Source: Vicugna vicugna (taxonomy: Eukaryota). From it: 64,000 bases of DNA. The first letter of the stretch is position 1. The number at the start of each line of letters is the position of its first letter. The stretch spans positions 372,001 through 436,000 of the forward strand of contig MU058059.1 in NCBI GenBank assembly GCA_013265495.1, in the 5' to 3' direction. A program made the position numbers and the translations under genes. Below the pieces are notes generated by a model. The model ran no database searches. It was not told the origin of the DNA and saw only the letters and a list, made by a program, of their open reading frames with translations. Shown piece by piece: positions 36,931 through 51,757 of this stretch.

Positions 36931-39119
36931 AGAACCTGAGGGTACCACGACCTGACTGTGATTAGGCAGCCAGCACCACAGTCCACATAAGAAAGGCAAA
37001 GGCAAGGACTTCAGTCTCAGGGAAAAGGTATTAAGACTAAAGGGAGGGGGTGGATTTGAACAACTACTCAGGAGGCAAAAATGAGCAGGACCTACCAAAT
37101 GTTTAGCATGTGGAAGAGAAAGATACTGGAGCAAAGAATGATCTAAAGACTTCAGCTCCGCTAGAGAAGGTAGACAGAAACACAGATCTAGGGGAGGAGG
37201 GAAAGAAGGAGGGAGATGATAACACTGTGAATACGAAGTTCCTGTGGGATATTCACATGGAGACGTTCACTTCTCAGTTGAAGGTGCAGGCTCGTGAAAG
37301 AAGTCGGGGTGGACTAGGGAGCTGAGAACCAACGGTGCGCCAGTCGTTAAGACCACAGCCTTTAGTGAGATGGCTCAGGCGAAGCACCACCTTTAAGGCG
37401 GAATGGCTTCTCGTTGAGTTTTCCTCCTGTCCTTGATATTTTTAATTAACACCATCCATCTAATCTTGCTTTAGATTCTAATGGCACCGACAACTAATTC
37501 CAGTCTCATGCCTCTGGATGGAAAAATTAAGCAAAGCTTGGGTTCTTAATCTCGCCCAGAAACACATGGATGGTAGAACTGCCAGTGACCCTTAGAGAGG
37601 AAGGTGGGAAGACGGCTCTGAGTGTTAAGCTTTCACTACCTACCCCACCTCCTCTGCATCTCCGTTCCCTGATTCTGCTGTGTGTGTATGTGCATGTGGA
37701 TTTTTGATCTTTTCCAAAACTAAGCAACACAAAAAAATTAAGAAAACACTAATCATCTCCCCTTTATCCTCCATGGGAGGTAATCACTTACTTCTATTTA
37801 ATAACGTATTATTAGCCTATAGTTAGCCTAGCATACTCTTTTAGCCAAAAATAACAACCTAGTAATACAGTATACCACGCGCGCACACACACACACACAA
37901 AATCACACTCAAGAAAAAATAAAACAGATTCAGGAAACATCAAAGATGGCACAGCACTTGTCCCACTCATTCATTCAAAATCAATTTGTTGTATGAGGTA
38001 CAATGCTAGGTACAGAGGTGGAGAGACGTGTGGATAAGACTGTCGGTGTCCTTAAGGAGTTTACAGTCTAGCAAGGGAAACAGACAAATAAATAAGAAAT
38101 TAAAATAGACTCTGTTACATACAATGTGTATGGCTTAGTGCAGTGCAGGGCAGGGAGGGGGAGGCAGAGGAAGAGAGAAGAATGAGAAAACTCTATTACC
38201 TCTGCTACACAAAAGCATAGCACTAAGAAAGCCTGCACTTCAGCATCCTGACTTTGAAACTTGCATTTTTTCCCCTTATCCATGTAACACTTACTAGCAC
38301 AGATCACATCACATGCATCTGTGACGTAAGCAGTCAGCCCTCTTCACCCCTAAAGACTGGGATGACTCAAACCCCACCTCACTTCTTACGTTATTATGCT
38401 CTTCTTTCTATTTCATTGCTCTAAGCTTTTTAAATCAACTTCTAGTTGTAATTACTGAGACTTTAATCACTGTCTGTTCAAACTGAGCTTTAAGCATCTG
38501 TCTCAGCTAGGAATACAAAGTGCAGGGGAATTACACACATATGTAGTGTTCACTCTGAGAGCAAATATCCTGGTGTTTGGGATGAGCCTAGAGCCAAATG
38601 GCCAAGCAGGCCACATCTGGCCTGCGACTTTCTCTGTCCCTGCAGCGAGCCCCGCCCTCGCACGCGGGGTTCTTCTCGATACTCCCAAGCCCCTGACAGG
38701 TCAGCTTTGATCAAGGTGCTGCTGTTTTAGTTTCCTATCATGAAAGAGGACACAAGAACACGAGGTGTTCATTCTCAACCTGAAACAATGCATCTCTCTA
38801 GATGGCATTTTAAGACCAGGCTGCTGTTCTCAGGTGCAGAAAATAACCTCTTCCTTTAAATCAGACCACAGCACACACCTCTACCAAGAGTCCAAGCTGG
38901 AGATGAACAGTGTGTTCGAAAGCCATATCACTTCAATGTGCTTAATAAACAGAAGATGTGATGGAATGGGGGTGGGCACTGTTGGATAGAAATTCAGTAT
39001 GTGGTTTGTTTCCTGAGGAGTGAGGCTTGCTGGGCCACAAGGCAAACTCGATCAGACACGAAGCAGCTAGGACAACATGACCATCTCACAAATAACACGC
39101 AAATTAATACAACACTTAC

Positions 39120-40000
39120 CAATCAGCATTTCATTACTTCAACAAGCATCTACCATGTGTAACTTACACGGCACTATAGAAGGTCCTGGCAACAGAGAGC
39201 CAGGATGTGGCCTTGGAAGCAGTTCAAGTGAGTGATCTCAGGAACTGATACTCAATAAATACGTGCTGAAGGAATGAGTTCAAAACAGCACGTGCTGTAG
39301 ATACACACAGGATGCAGAGGACCACAGGAGAGTCATCTCCCCTGGACGGGAGGTACTTGGTGGTGGAGGGAGGGGCCTGATGTGTGTGTCACTTTGAAGG
39401 ATAGACTCCCGTGTGGCTAAGATTGAGTCTTGAAGAAACAGGAACTGAGACTGGGAGGGAGGGAGGGGGAGGCAGAGAGAAATGTCACTTGAAAAAAGGT
39501 ACAGATCAAAGAAAGAACAGATACATGAAATAGGAAAATAAGGCATGCCACTGTGCCTGGCTGGAGCATCTGGAGCGAATGGGAGATGCTCAGAAAAGAA
39601 CCTGCCGTCAGGTCCCGTGCCACGCTCAAGAGGCAGAGCTTTGTCCTGTTTAGTATAGACAGTAGGGAGCCACCGAGAAAACTTAATTAGGAGAAAGGTG
39701 CATTTGAATTTCGGCAGGATCACTCTAATAACAGGGTTAAAAACTGATTACAGAGGAAGAGGAAATAAAATGGCCACAGTAACTAACAATCTAAGGGGAC
39801 AGGATAAAGGTCTAACTAAAGCGGGAACTGAAGCCCAGCAGTGGTGATGGACAGCAAGTCCAGTTCAGAAGGAGAATCAACACATAATGGATGCTAATAT
39901 TCGTGGGACAGCAGAGGTGGGAAAGTAAGACGAGGACACAGGAGGAATTCAAGGAGCCTCCCAGGTTCCAACTTGGGTGAGAAAGGGAATCCAAGTACCT
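39120..40000 (-). mobile_element. L2 remnant(s)
   Basis: ttcaacaagcatctaccatgtg...ggcactatag; gaatttcggcaggatcactct; ggaattcaaggagcctcccaggttcc. Confidence 0.6.
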
Positions 40001-42699
40001 ATGAGTGAGAGGTAAGGGGCCATCTCCTGGCTCCTCTGCTCACACGCGGCACCATCTCCAGGCCAGCCTCGCCCATCCCTGCATCAGTGTGCGAGTATGG
40101 GCGCGCTCACGTGTACGTACATACACACACAATGCACACACATACATACACCTGCACTGTCCATCTGTCTCTCTCTCCCTTTCTCTCCTGTGTTATCTTC
40201 TCCTTTTCTTCTTTAAAGCTCTCCACCACACACTCTGGAATTTTCTATTTACCTTTTTCTTATGTAGAGTGATTTATTAGCCTTTTTTTCTTTTCCTCAG
40301 TTTGTCTGTCATCACCCCCGCCCATCCAAAGACCAGATTCTCCTTAGACTTGGACGTCTTGCACATCTGGGGACTAGAGAAGTCAGTGTAAATACTTGAC
40401 TTGACACATTTATCTTGTCAAGTAAGTGGAGGTAGAAAGGAACAAAGGAGGTTTGTAAGGAAAGGTTTAGGCTGTTTTGTTCCAAGTAGGCAATAATTAG
40501 AATCCCTTAAGAAAATAAGAAAAAAACAGAAACAAAAAGAACCAGAAAGTATTTAACAATATAATTCTGGGAAAATTCTAGAAATACTATTTGGTTCCAT
40601 AGGTTCAAAGAGCACAGTCTTTTCTCAGAAAACTACTCATGGAAGTGGCCAGCCCTGAGACATGACCTTAAAGAGCTACTTAAAACAGGGAAACTCCAAA
40701 ATATAAACATATAGGCCATCAACATAAAAATAACCAAAATACAGTGAAAAGAGTATTTGGGAAGCCAGGCAGAAAGACTTCTAAGGGAAAACATGGTGAG
40801 GCTGCCACTGACTGCTCTGTATCACTGTCCAGAGGACAACAGAACAACGCTTGCAAAATTCAAAAGCAAACGGTTTTCTAAGTATTGTTTATTTTATAAG
40901 AGCCCCCAAGAGCAATTTAATTCAACATTACATGAAAAAAAACGGGACGCTGGCACTCCATGGTGAGTCTCAGGTATGACGCCAGCCTGCACACGCTGTG
41001 ACGACCGGGGTCCTAGCCGTCCGCGTCCAGCCCAGCACCGAGCACACTACGTACCCCGGCAGAGTCCAGGCTGGAGAAGACGCAATACAAGCACGTCCTT
41101 TGGATTAAATTACGACTTGAGAGCTGAATTTTACCACACCGAGTGCTTTCCTCCAACAGAGCAAAACCGCAGTGCCAGTTAATATTCACGAGTCTGTACA
41201 AGTCCTACTGCTTATAACCCTACAAAACCAACTTTTTCTCTCTTCATCAGCTTAAACCCACAATTTACACATATTGAGAGAACTCTGGCAAACACAAGTA
41301 GTTTTAATTTATGAAACACGTACATGTGATGTATCAATATAAAAAGGAAAATCTGTAGATTCTAAAATAAGGAAAACCTTTCAGAAGAGTATGGAAACAA
41401 ACTGAAAACACTGAACCATGTTTCATCACAGCAAATATCAGACGGCTCCCTAAAACCACCGCAAGCATACGTAATACTGGGCATACGTAACGGCATTATT
41501 TCAAATCCTGCGTGTGGTCCAAGGCCGCAACCAGCTGTCAATGGCACTGGGCTCGCCTAGCAACTTACGACAATTATTTGTCAGTATATCCAGGAATGAC
41601 TTTTGGCATGCACTCCAGTTCCATCGCTTGTTGTCCTCTATCTCAAGAGCTTCCAGTCTGATTACATTCTCCACGAGGTGAAACCACAGCTCCCTTCCTG
41701 GAATCCACGGAGCAACGGCTGAATTCTATACCCTCTCTCCCTCTGCGGCTTCTCATTCCGCCTGACGCTGATAAGACAAGCTTACCTGAATTTCAGCGGA
41801 AACCGAAATGATGTGTCTTTGCCACAAACACAGTCAACAGGAGTCTACCACTCCTGTCTGAGGATTTGTGGCCTTGGTCATCTCATATGAAGGAAAACCC
41901 ATCAATGTAGGGAACACTGGTTTTAGCCAATACAGAACTCTTCCTATACAACAGGAACCTTTCTAAGTCAGAAGAATAAATGGTCTTCAGTCTTATAAGG
42001 ACAGTCTCATAACAAAGTCAGGGTTTATTTGAAGAAAGATTCTGAGCACTTCACGCATTTTAAGGCCCTCAGAGGGCTACTCTGGGTGCCTGTTACCCAC
42101 TCTCCGTTCACGAGCGCACACACATGCATGCATGGAGATCGGCATGATGGCTGCACTGGTAGACGACACTTCGTCTAGGTCTGAACACAGACGAGGCTAA
42201 GGGCAGGTGAATGGAACTTTCCAGCCTTGAGTGACTTGGATTACTACCGTTCCCGTCATCTCAGGAAGAGAATCAAGCTTAGAATGGAAAAGAACTGGCG
42301 TAGTCCTCTAAATTCATTATTCCCAGACATCCAGCTAATTTTTCTCATGCAAAACACATTGCTTGAAAATGTCAAGTATTTATAAAAGCTCTAAAACCTT
42401 TAGTCATTGGCCATGTTTTCCTTGTTTAAGAAAATATGAAGCATATTTTGATCTCAATGAGTTGGGTGTAATAAATATTTTCTTTTAAAGGATAAACAAG
42501 TTTTACTGAAGAGATCACACACCTTAGGATTTTAAAATTAATTTCAGCTTCAATCACACTTAAAAGTTCTCTTACACTGTCCTTACGTGGTGACATGTAT
42601 ATTATTACTTTCTTATAAAATTTAGAATCCACACCACTAAGGTAACACGAATACAATCATGATTCCCTTTGAAAGGAGACCAAGAAAACATCCTTCATA

Positions 42700-43340
42700 A
42701 AACTTGTGAGGGAACAGAAGACAGGTCATCTCACACACTGTTGGTGAGAGTGCTAAGTTAGTGCAGCTTTTTTGGAAGGCAATTTGGTTGTATCAAAATT
42801 TAAAGAGTGCCTATGCTTAGATCCAAAAATTCTACAATCTGGACTCCATCATAATATAATTACATATGCACAGCAATACATATAAGACTGCTTATTAATG
42901 CATTAACATTAATAGGATAAGCCCTTCACTTTTATTGGGCACGAACTTAGGAAACGACTAAGTTAAATCCCTATTATGGAACAGATGCAGCAGTTAAATA
43001 TACTGAAGCAGAGCCGCAAGCACTGAACATGGAAAGATGCACTGGTGAGTGAAAAATGAAAGGCCAAGTTAAAAAATAATGTATCCAACATCTCATGTCC
43101 ATAAAATCTAAAAGCCTGTATCTATTTATCCAGCCACCCATCCATCCATCTACGTGTTTGTGTGGGTGAGTGTGTATGTGAGAACAAAGTCTGAAAGGAT
43201 ACTGCAAACGAGGATTATCTACAGAGTAGCTAGGAGATTAGGGGAAAGTGGGGTATGGGAGGGCCAGGAAGGAGGTCAGATCAGGGACTTTGACATTTTA
43301 CATCTTATATTTCACATTTAGCTCTGCATCATTTCAACGT
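42700..43340 (+). mobile_element. Ancient L1 (L1ME-type) 3' remnant
   Basis: ctcacacactgttggtgagagtg...tttttggaaggcaatttgg...tatcaaaatttaaa; acatggaaagat. Confidence 0.7.
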
Positions 43341-46300
43341 TTTACAATAAACATGGACCCTATAAGACTTTTCAATTCAAAACTCAAAAGGCCAGTTAAC
43401 AGGAGCAATGCTATAAATGATAACATAAAATCATGTGGTATAATTGAACTTAAACATGTAAATAATATGCTCAGGAAATGGAATTAACACCTATACTGAA
43501 GTGAGCAGTAGTCCTATAGTGTTGGTAAGTTAGTCTGATACCTGTAGACAAAATGAAGATTACTTTCTATGAATCTACAGTCTGAATTATAATTAAAAAC
43601 AAAGGAAGAACTAAACAAAAAACTAAAACCAGCTTCTCACATGACTGTGGACTAAGCAGGTGAGGAAGCCCACTATACAATATGGAAGCGCCTACAATTT
43701 TACATAATATGCATTTTGTAAGTGTGAGTAGCCTGTCCTCTTGTGTACTTTAACTTGCTATTTACTGTGAACTCATTTTATCCATGTTTATTTCCTGCTC
43801 TTCCCAAAGACAGAGCCTCCCTTCTAGCATCTCAGTTACCTCACAATTTCATCAACATCATGCCGTCCTTCCCACGCACCCCTGTATGGGATGCCTTCTC
43901 AGCCAACCTTCCCTTTTCTGAGAATCTTTTGACAACGACACATTCATCACTTCCCTCCAGAGAGGGTGGGCGCCTGCTTCCATGTTCATAGCACGTGATC
44001 TCCTGTCCTGCCTCATCACAGTTCATTGGACTGAGTCCACTCCCTACTCATCATCTAAGCTGGGTGAACAGGTCCTCTCTTTCTTAACAATCTCACCAAG
44101 GATCAGGAGCCATGGAAGCTCCTGGGGCCACTTGTGCTAACTACTAAACAGAGAGAGTCAGACTGCAGGCACTCGGAAGCAGAAACAAGAACCAAATGAT
44201 GAACAGTGAAAACAAGAACAGAGTGACAAGGGAAAGAACAGAGTAGAAGGAACAGCATGGCTGTGCTCTTCCCATGGGCTTCTTAATTCTACCCTGAGAC
44301 AACTCAGTGGTTCTTAATTTCCTTTGGTTCTAGGACACCACTCCAATCTTTTAAAACATGTTTTCTTAGTGAAACTAACTTAATTGGGTCCTGTCTTTGT
44401 CACTTGATAGAGAATGTCCCTTGGACTGTCCCATTACCTCTAGGGCAGAGGTAAAGTGCTCCATGCCTTTGATAGTTTCTGTATTTAAGCACTCAGTAGG
44501 CATTCAAGAAATATGCTATGTTGCTGAGAGCCTAGCTTCCAAAAATACAAGTGAAGCTCATTCAAGTAAGTAATTAAGGTACATATTCTACCACTGAGAT
44601 CTAATGAAAATACTTAGATGAAAGAAGAAGGCTATAAAGAGATATTATATACTAGAAAATGGGAGTCAATTTTGAAAAAAATGAATAAACCAATATATAC
44701 TGCTTCCACATTTAGAGTTAGTTTAAGTACATATACAAGCACCAGTTTCATGTTCAAAACCCAGGAGAAAACTCCTGGAAAAAGAAAGAAGGCAAATAAA
44801 ATATTATTGTCGATGTGTTGCATCCCTTATACATGCATATTCCTCTAGGAACAGAATAAATGAGATACAGGAAAATCTTAAGTAGAATTACACTCATCAC
44901 TATTAAAAGGAGTTAGAGTCTAATGGCTAATACCATGCATCACAAACATACAATCCTTCATAATTTCCTAAATATTATCACTAGAAAATAAAAGGAATAC
45001 ATTTAAATTTTGATAATTACTCTTGTTCTACAATACAATAAAATAACTACCCCCTCCAAATTAGAACAACCTTTAAAAAAATCTGCCAGTTCAACCAACA
45101 GAATAGGAGGATGAGCATTTGCTCTTGGCTGCAGAAAAGAAGTCTACCGATAGAATAAAAATGGAGGGTAAGGAGTCACAGAAGAAAGAAAATAAGATAA
45201 ACATCAACACATCTTCTCCATCTTCCTTTCCTTCCTTCCTCTCCCAAAGCACTCCCTCTTCCCACTCACTAAAGATGACTGACGTGCATGTCACAGACCT
45301 GCGCGCGGTCCCAGAGGTGCACCACGCTCAGCATTAAGGGATGTCACTGAGGGTAGAGTCTCATCTAACAGATACTCAGTATCAACTCTCTCTTAACCTT
45401 TATGAACCTCTGACTTTGTTTGTCCAGCCCATTTAAGCTTTGCCTTATCATTAATATGTCCCTCAGGATCTCACTGCTTGGATACAGGTTTACCAGTCTC
45501 ACCTCATCTGCTCAGACACCACGCTAATGAGATTGGTCTTTGTCTTCTGACCTATTGTTCTGGCACCAGGACTCAGCCTCTCTTGAGAAATCTTCCAGAA
45601 GGCAACTTAATGACGCAGTTACCAGTTCTGCTCTCCTCTGCTACATACACACAACTCCCCTCGCCACTGACCTGATTCAAGCACGTGATTCCAGAGTGAG
45701 GCACACCCCCATTGAATCTTTAAGGAGCTTTAGTCAACAATCAAGAATACTAAGTTATTTCCTTGATTAATTTCCAACAAATAATCATTGATTTCCAACC
45801 AGCCTCTCAGGTAGCATTTCCCAGGTTGCAAATACTAGTCAGGCATCACTCAGATACACCACACACACACACACCCCCGCCGAAATGGCCGGCACGCGGC
45901 TGACTGAGAAGTTTTTCACGTTACACTCGCTGTGCTTGTACTCTCCGAGGCCTAGAATTTTGAGCCCTTGTATGGCCGCTATTGTAGCTAGTGGAGTCGG
46001 CCTATGCTTATTTTCAGAGATGGGTAGACAGACATAAAAAATGAAAGACTAATCTTATAAATATTCAGAGACACATGTCTACAGGCAAATATAATCACAA
46101 TGACATCCAATTGCCAGAAACCATAGGGAGCTTATTTTGAAAGTGTCAGTCTCCTGGGAATATTTGATGAGTCTGATGCTTCTCTCCCCACCTTCAAAAG
46201 GGATCTTTCATGGAGTAAAGTAGAAGTATCTGGTGCTATGGCAATATTAAACCTTTCATTTCATACTTAAGGTCATCCTCAATATGTTTCTCATCTTCTT

Positions 46301-46408
46301 TCTAAAAATCTGTCTCGATTTTCATTTCACGTTCTAACAGATAGGAACCCACTGGATTGGAGCCTCCATTTCCTATTCTTTTGGCATTTCACCTTCTCCA
46401 CTCACTTG

Positions 46409-46801
46409 GGTTAAGATAAAATGCAGATCTGGCCTGAGACTCCCCTACAAAAGCAGTTAAGTCACGTAAGCAAAACCTAACCTAGTTTATTCTGCAACGC
46501 AAGCAATATTTAGGTCATTTCTTGTAAAGGCCGCCACTCACCATAAACAAAACTTAAATCATTATTCTGAAATGGTATAAGATAAATCACTTTTCACCAG
46601 TCCCCCGGCATCTGGAAAACCCCACTGTTGGGACGAGTCATTGTAAATGTTAAACAGCGTCCGCAGTTTTGCTTTATAAGCTGACTTACGACGATGCACC
46701 TTTGAGCTTCACTCCTCTTTCAGTTTGAACACACGAGTTGTTCTTTTATGCACATAAACTCTTAATGACAATTTTAATTGAGCTGATGTTATTCTTCAAC
46801 A
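46409..46801 (+). mobile_element. ERV1-class solo LTR (family uncertain)
   Basis: Begins (g)gttaagataaaa and ends ttcttcaaca, with TATA-like ctttataag and polyA-like cataaactctt in LTR order. Possible 4-bp TSD cttg/ctag. Confidence 0.6.
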
Positions 46802-47020
46802 CTAGCATGTGTGTGTTCAGTTATCCTCTCAAGTCCCACTAAAGCACCGCCGTTTCTATGAAGTCTTTCTCGATTCCTTTATACTTCCTACTCTAAACTT
46901 CCAGGCACTTGTTTCCACCTTTCTGATTGGTTTTACTTCACATAGTGCATGTAGTGACTCAGCCCCAGAGCTAGTCAAATTCACCTGGACTCTATTTCCC
47001 AGCACATGTCGCTGAACTTT

Positions 47021-47240
47021 CATTCATATATATATGAATGTTTATATATGCTATAAACTTAATAAATATTTATACATAAATTTTATGTTTATTTATATAA
47101 AATTCTTCATATAAATTTAAAAATAAATTTTATTTATATAAATTTATTCATATTTATATAAAATTTTATTCTTATATTTTATGTAAATAAATATAGAAAT
47201 TTTAATCTATATGCAAGTTGTACTTATATATATATAAGGA
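47021..47240. repeat. AT-rich low-complexity tract starting with a 20-bp perfect palindrome
   Basis: cattcatatatatatgaatg (47021-47040), then degenerate tttatataaa(a)ttt units. Confidence 0.9.
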
Positions 47241-50200
47241 TAATTATAGGCATCATCTCTTAGGCTTGTAGCACTTTTGAAATATTAAGCACTAAATTAA
47301 TGTCAATATTAAATAATTATTTTTATTTTGCATTAGTGATTTTGTTAGTAATGCAATTCTTATTATTTTCATTATTCTTCTCATGGTCAATAGATTTTCC
47401 TGGTAGGCAAAATTTCAGGACACAGGAATCAGATTTAACACCTCTGGGAACAGTAAAAATATAGCACTGTGTTATTTTTGAAAAGATTCCATTTTGGTAT
47501 GAAATTGTTTTTGAAAAATTTCTTCATATATGAGGAATACAAGCATAGTACCTGCATGGAGGAGAATCAATTACTGTACAATTTAAATCTCTTTTGTAGA
47601 TTTCTGGTCTTTAGCTCCTGGGTTTAAATAAAATATTGACTTGCTCACCCTCAAGGATAGGAAAGCTAACCCATTTTTTAAAAAAGGTTACATAAAAAAA
47701 TCAAAGCTTTCCCATATCATCGGTTTTCTATTTTCTGCTTTCTCACACACGCCCAGTTCTCATCTCAGCCCAGTACTTAAGGCAGCAAGAATTTAATACA
47801 GATTGTTGACTGGCTCCCAGATGTTCCTTGAATGAAGCATCCCTTTGACACAACATTCCAGCCCTGTGGCTTAAACAGCTACATGCAGAATTCTTTCAAA
47901 GCCAGGGTAACTATATGCCTTGGAAAACAAGTAACATATACAGGGCCAGCCAGTATTTCAGTAACAGTATTTAGAATTAGCAGATGATTCCTGGCTATGT
48001 CTTTCCCTCACATAATTTTTGCCCAGTAGAGGTCAAAGGCTAACAGACTTTAGCAAAGAAATCGAAGTTAATCAGCTTCACTTCTTCATTTTAACAAAGG
48101 CTAAATGTCATAAGAATTACTGCATCACCTTCCAGAAAGTACAAAAGCACAAACAAAACATTAAAAAATTACCTGGGGAAGAATGTTCTAATATTCATCT
48201 AATTGAAAGGGCATTATCTTTGAAGTTTTAATTTTTAAAATTCAACTACTGTGCAAACATATTTATTAATGGGTAAATTTTATGGACTTAAACCCCAAAT
48301 ATTCAGTGCATTAGGGAGATTTTCATATTTTCATTAGCATTCTCTTTTTTCCCTTATACAATTAAATTGTGAAAATATAATTCTAGTAAAATAGAAGGTA
48401 AGATATCTCTTTCTGGTTTAAGGGCAGGAGGCTATGCTAGAAATAACGCTAGACTGGCACTTAAGAGATCTGAGTTCTGAACTGATTAGTCACTAGAATT
48501 TGTATGGTTCTGTACAAAATCAAGCACCCTCAGACACCAAACAAGGAAACTATGTACTTCAGAGGAATACTCAGTCTTGAGGATCAGGTGGGATGCTTTG
48601 GGACTATGCTATGTCAAATGTGAAGTGCTCAAATATAATGGATTATTATACTGTGTTCTTTTTAATCCAACTAATGTGACCAGGAGGGCTCCTTAAGTAA
48701 CCAAATGAAGAAAACTCACATATGTTTACAGTGAAGGGAAGAAGCAAAGTGCTTCCATTTCTATTTGAACCTACATCACCTTTACAACCAACCTGCAAGT
48801 TTAAGGTTAACTGAGATTGTTTCAGTGGCTCCTACCTACACAATAAAATGGCTCTGGATCAGTTCTCTGAAATTCAGTGAGTCAGAAAGATTAGTGCACA
48901 ATGCTCTCTCACTCTGCTAATAAAATGGGCAAAAGTCAAAAAAGCCTCCCAACACTATGCCGTAAAATGGCAAGTTACTCCTTGAAGCGACAAGCAGTCT
49001 GCATGCCTCCCAACAACAGAGAAACCTCAGCTTCAGCCAACAGCTGCTGAGGCGCTTCCCCCTAAGATGAGTGTTAACACTGGAATCAAAAGTGTGGCTC
49101 AGTATTGTCTCTGACAGACGATGAGAAGAAAGTATCTAACCTGCCTACGATCAGCTTGATCTGGGTTTCTTGGGCTCCAGTGAGGACATTTTAAGGCTAA
49201 ATTTTCATTTTAAGGATAATCACACACATTGAAAAGGATTTCAAAAGAGCTCCCTCATCAGAGAAGTAAGACTGAAATTGATTAGAGCAGTGCCTGGAAT
49301 TTAGTTCGGTGCTCAAGAAGCTGAGACCCTTAGGGTTACTACTACGGATCTGTCAACTATTTTGCTTTCCTGTGGAACCACCACAGTCCACTTTGGTGAC
49401 AGAATGGGCTGGCAGGGGTTAACCTACTCTCATATACCATATCTTGTTCATCAGAATAATTTTATTCCTTCACCTCCAGAAGACAGGTTGAACCTCAACA
49501 GCACAGTGGGAATATATTTTTTAATATCAGGGCTGCTTCCTGATCAAGTACTCTCTATCTATTCCCTCTTTCCGACGTAGTTAAAATTAGCCCATCACTG
49601 CTGATGATTTGGATGCCCATAAAGAGATAAGAGTGATGGTCAAATCAAGAAAGACTACCTAATAAATCAATAAAAAATGTTTAAAAAAAAAAGACTATCT
49701 ATTGATGTCTGGAGGTTAGATCTTGTAATATCATCAGCAATATTATCTCAGAAAACATTCTTTTTTTTTTTTTTACTATTAGAAACATAAAAATCTACTT
49801 TATTTGCTCGCCTTAGTCAACATGAAGCAAAATTTTCCATTAACTGACATTTGAAATTAGAATATTTTTGGTGCTTATCCAGGTCCATCCTACATCTTTG
49901 CCCTCAAAGTTCTTCACACCCCCACTCCTTTCCTCTCCACTCCCTTTATCTCTGCTGATTCCCAAGTCCATGGTGGCTGTCATGCCTCTCTGATGCCTGG
50001 AACAGTGCCTCGTTGCTATGGAAATAATCACTTTAAAAAACAATACAATAAGATAAGTAATAATGAAAGCTTCGGCAGCGTGCACTGTAGCCAGGAAGGG
50101 AGGGCAGAGCCAGAAATAGAACTCAGCCCTCCTGACACTAACAGTTACTGCCTTAGACCTTAGATCTGGCCATGAGCCCATGAGATTTCCCCTTCCCCTT

Positions 50201-50967
50201 CTCACTCTCATTTTCACACATGCACTTCCAGATGATATCAGGCAGCATGCAGATTTTGAATCAAGAAAACGCCAAAGTAAGGGTGAGACAATGAAGCTTG
50301 TTCTATGATTACTTGAGATTATTATCTCGTGTACAACTACCTTATTTAGGATGCAAGCTCCTAAAATGCCTTCCCCAACCCCCCAAATCTGGGTCAAACT
50401 GGTGTGAAGGAGATTGGATATTTACTTTTCATCCTTTTTCACTTAGATATTGACACACATTCATTGTGTCACTGGTCCATACCTCAGCAGAAAGCCCTTC
50501 TGTTGCTAATCACATCTGATTTGAGAGATGCAGACTGCTTGTCGCTGCAAGGAGTAATTTACCACATTATATAAATAAATAAGAGACATGGGAATTAGCA
50601 TATGGACCTTAAAAACCACAGGGTATCATACAATTGACAGGCTGTTCCAGTAAAAGAAATCTGCATATTCAGGGTTTTTGCCATCCAGAGACTTCTAAAA
50701 CAAGATACACTATAAAAATATACAAATATACATATACATAATAAAAAGCAGATTTATTTTTCACATTTTACTTTTTATCACTTCAGTTTTGAATGATCCC
50801 ATATTACTTGTGGCATAAAGTTAGAAGAGTTAGGGTAAACATGCCCCTAAAGTGACAGTAACATTACACTGTTGTGCAAATCATTTTTGTAGAGAATAGG
50901 AAATTTTTGTAGGTTTTTAGAGTAAATCCAATAGAAAATCACAAAGAACTGTGCAGAATACAAACCA

Positions 50968-51757
50968 ATAATAAGTGCTGGAGAGGGTGTGGAGAGAGGG
51001 AGCCCTCCTACACTGCTGGTGGGAATGGAGTTGGTACAGCCACTATGGAAAATAGTATGGAGATGCCTCAAAAAAATAAAAATAGACCTACCTTATGATC
51101 CAGCAATCCCAGTCCTGGACATATATCCAGAGAAAACTCTAATTCAAAAAGACACATGCACCCCAATGTTAACAGCAGCACTATTACAGTAGCCAAGACA
51201 TGGAAATAACCTAAATGTCCATCTACAGATGACTGGATAAATAAGTTGTCGTATATTTATATAATGGAATACTACTCAGTCATAAAAAAACAATAAAATA
51301 ATGCCATTTGTAGCAACATGGAAGGATCTGGAGATTGACATTCTAAGTGAAGTAAGACAAAGACAAAGAAAAATACTACATGATATCATTTATATGTCGA
51401 ATCTAACAAAAGACACAAATGAACTTATTCACAAAACAGAAACAGACTCACAGACACAGAGAACAAACTTATGGTTACCAGGGAAGAAAGGAGGTGGGAA
51501 GGGATAAACTGGAAGTTTGAGATTTGCAGATACTACCTACTATATATAAAATAGATAAATAAGAAGTGTCTACTGTATAGCACAGGGAGCTAAATTCAGT
51601 ATCTTGCAGTAACCTATAATGAAGAATATGAAAAGGAATACATGCATGTATATATATGATTGAAACATGCTGTACACCAGAAACTGACACAACATTGTAA
51701 ACTGACTATACTTCAATTTAAAAAATAAAAATAAAAAAATTTTTAAGTAAAAAAAAA
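50968..51757 (+). mobile_element. 5'-truncated LINE-1 (ORF2 end, 3'UTR, A tail) with 18-bp TSD
   Basis: ORF2p motifs in ORFs 50989-51192 and 51301-51507. TSD tgtgYagaatacaaacca at 50950-50967 and 51758-51775. Confidence 0.96.

Noticed and set aside
40394..40427. Short imperfect inverted repeat acttgacttgaca...tgtcaagtaagt
   Set aside because: Short, imperfect, and within chance expectation.
49840..50397. 185-aa minus-strand ORF
   Set aside because: Non-ATG start, no recognisable homology, and it overlaps MIR-like sequence.
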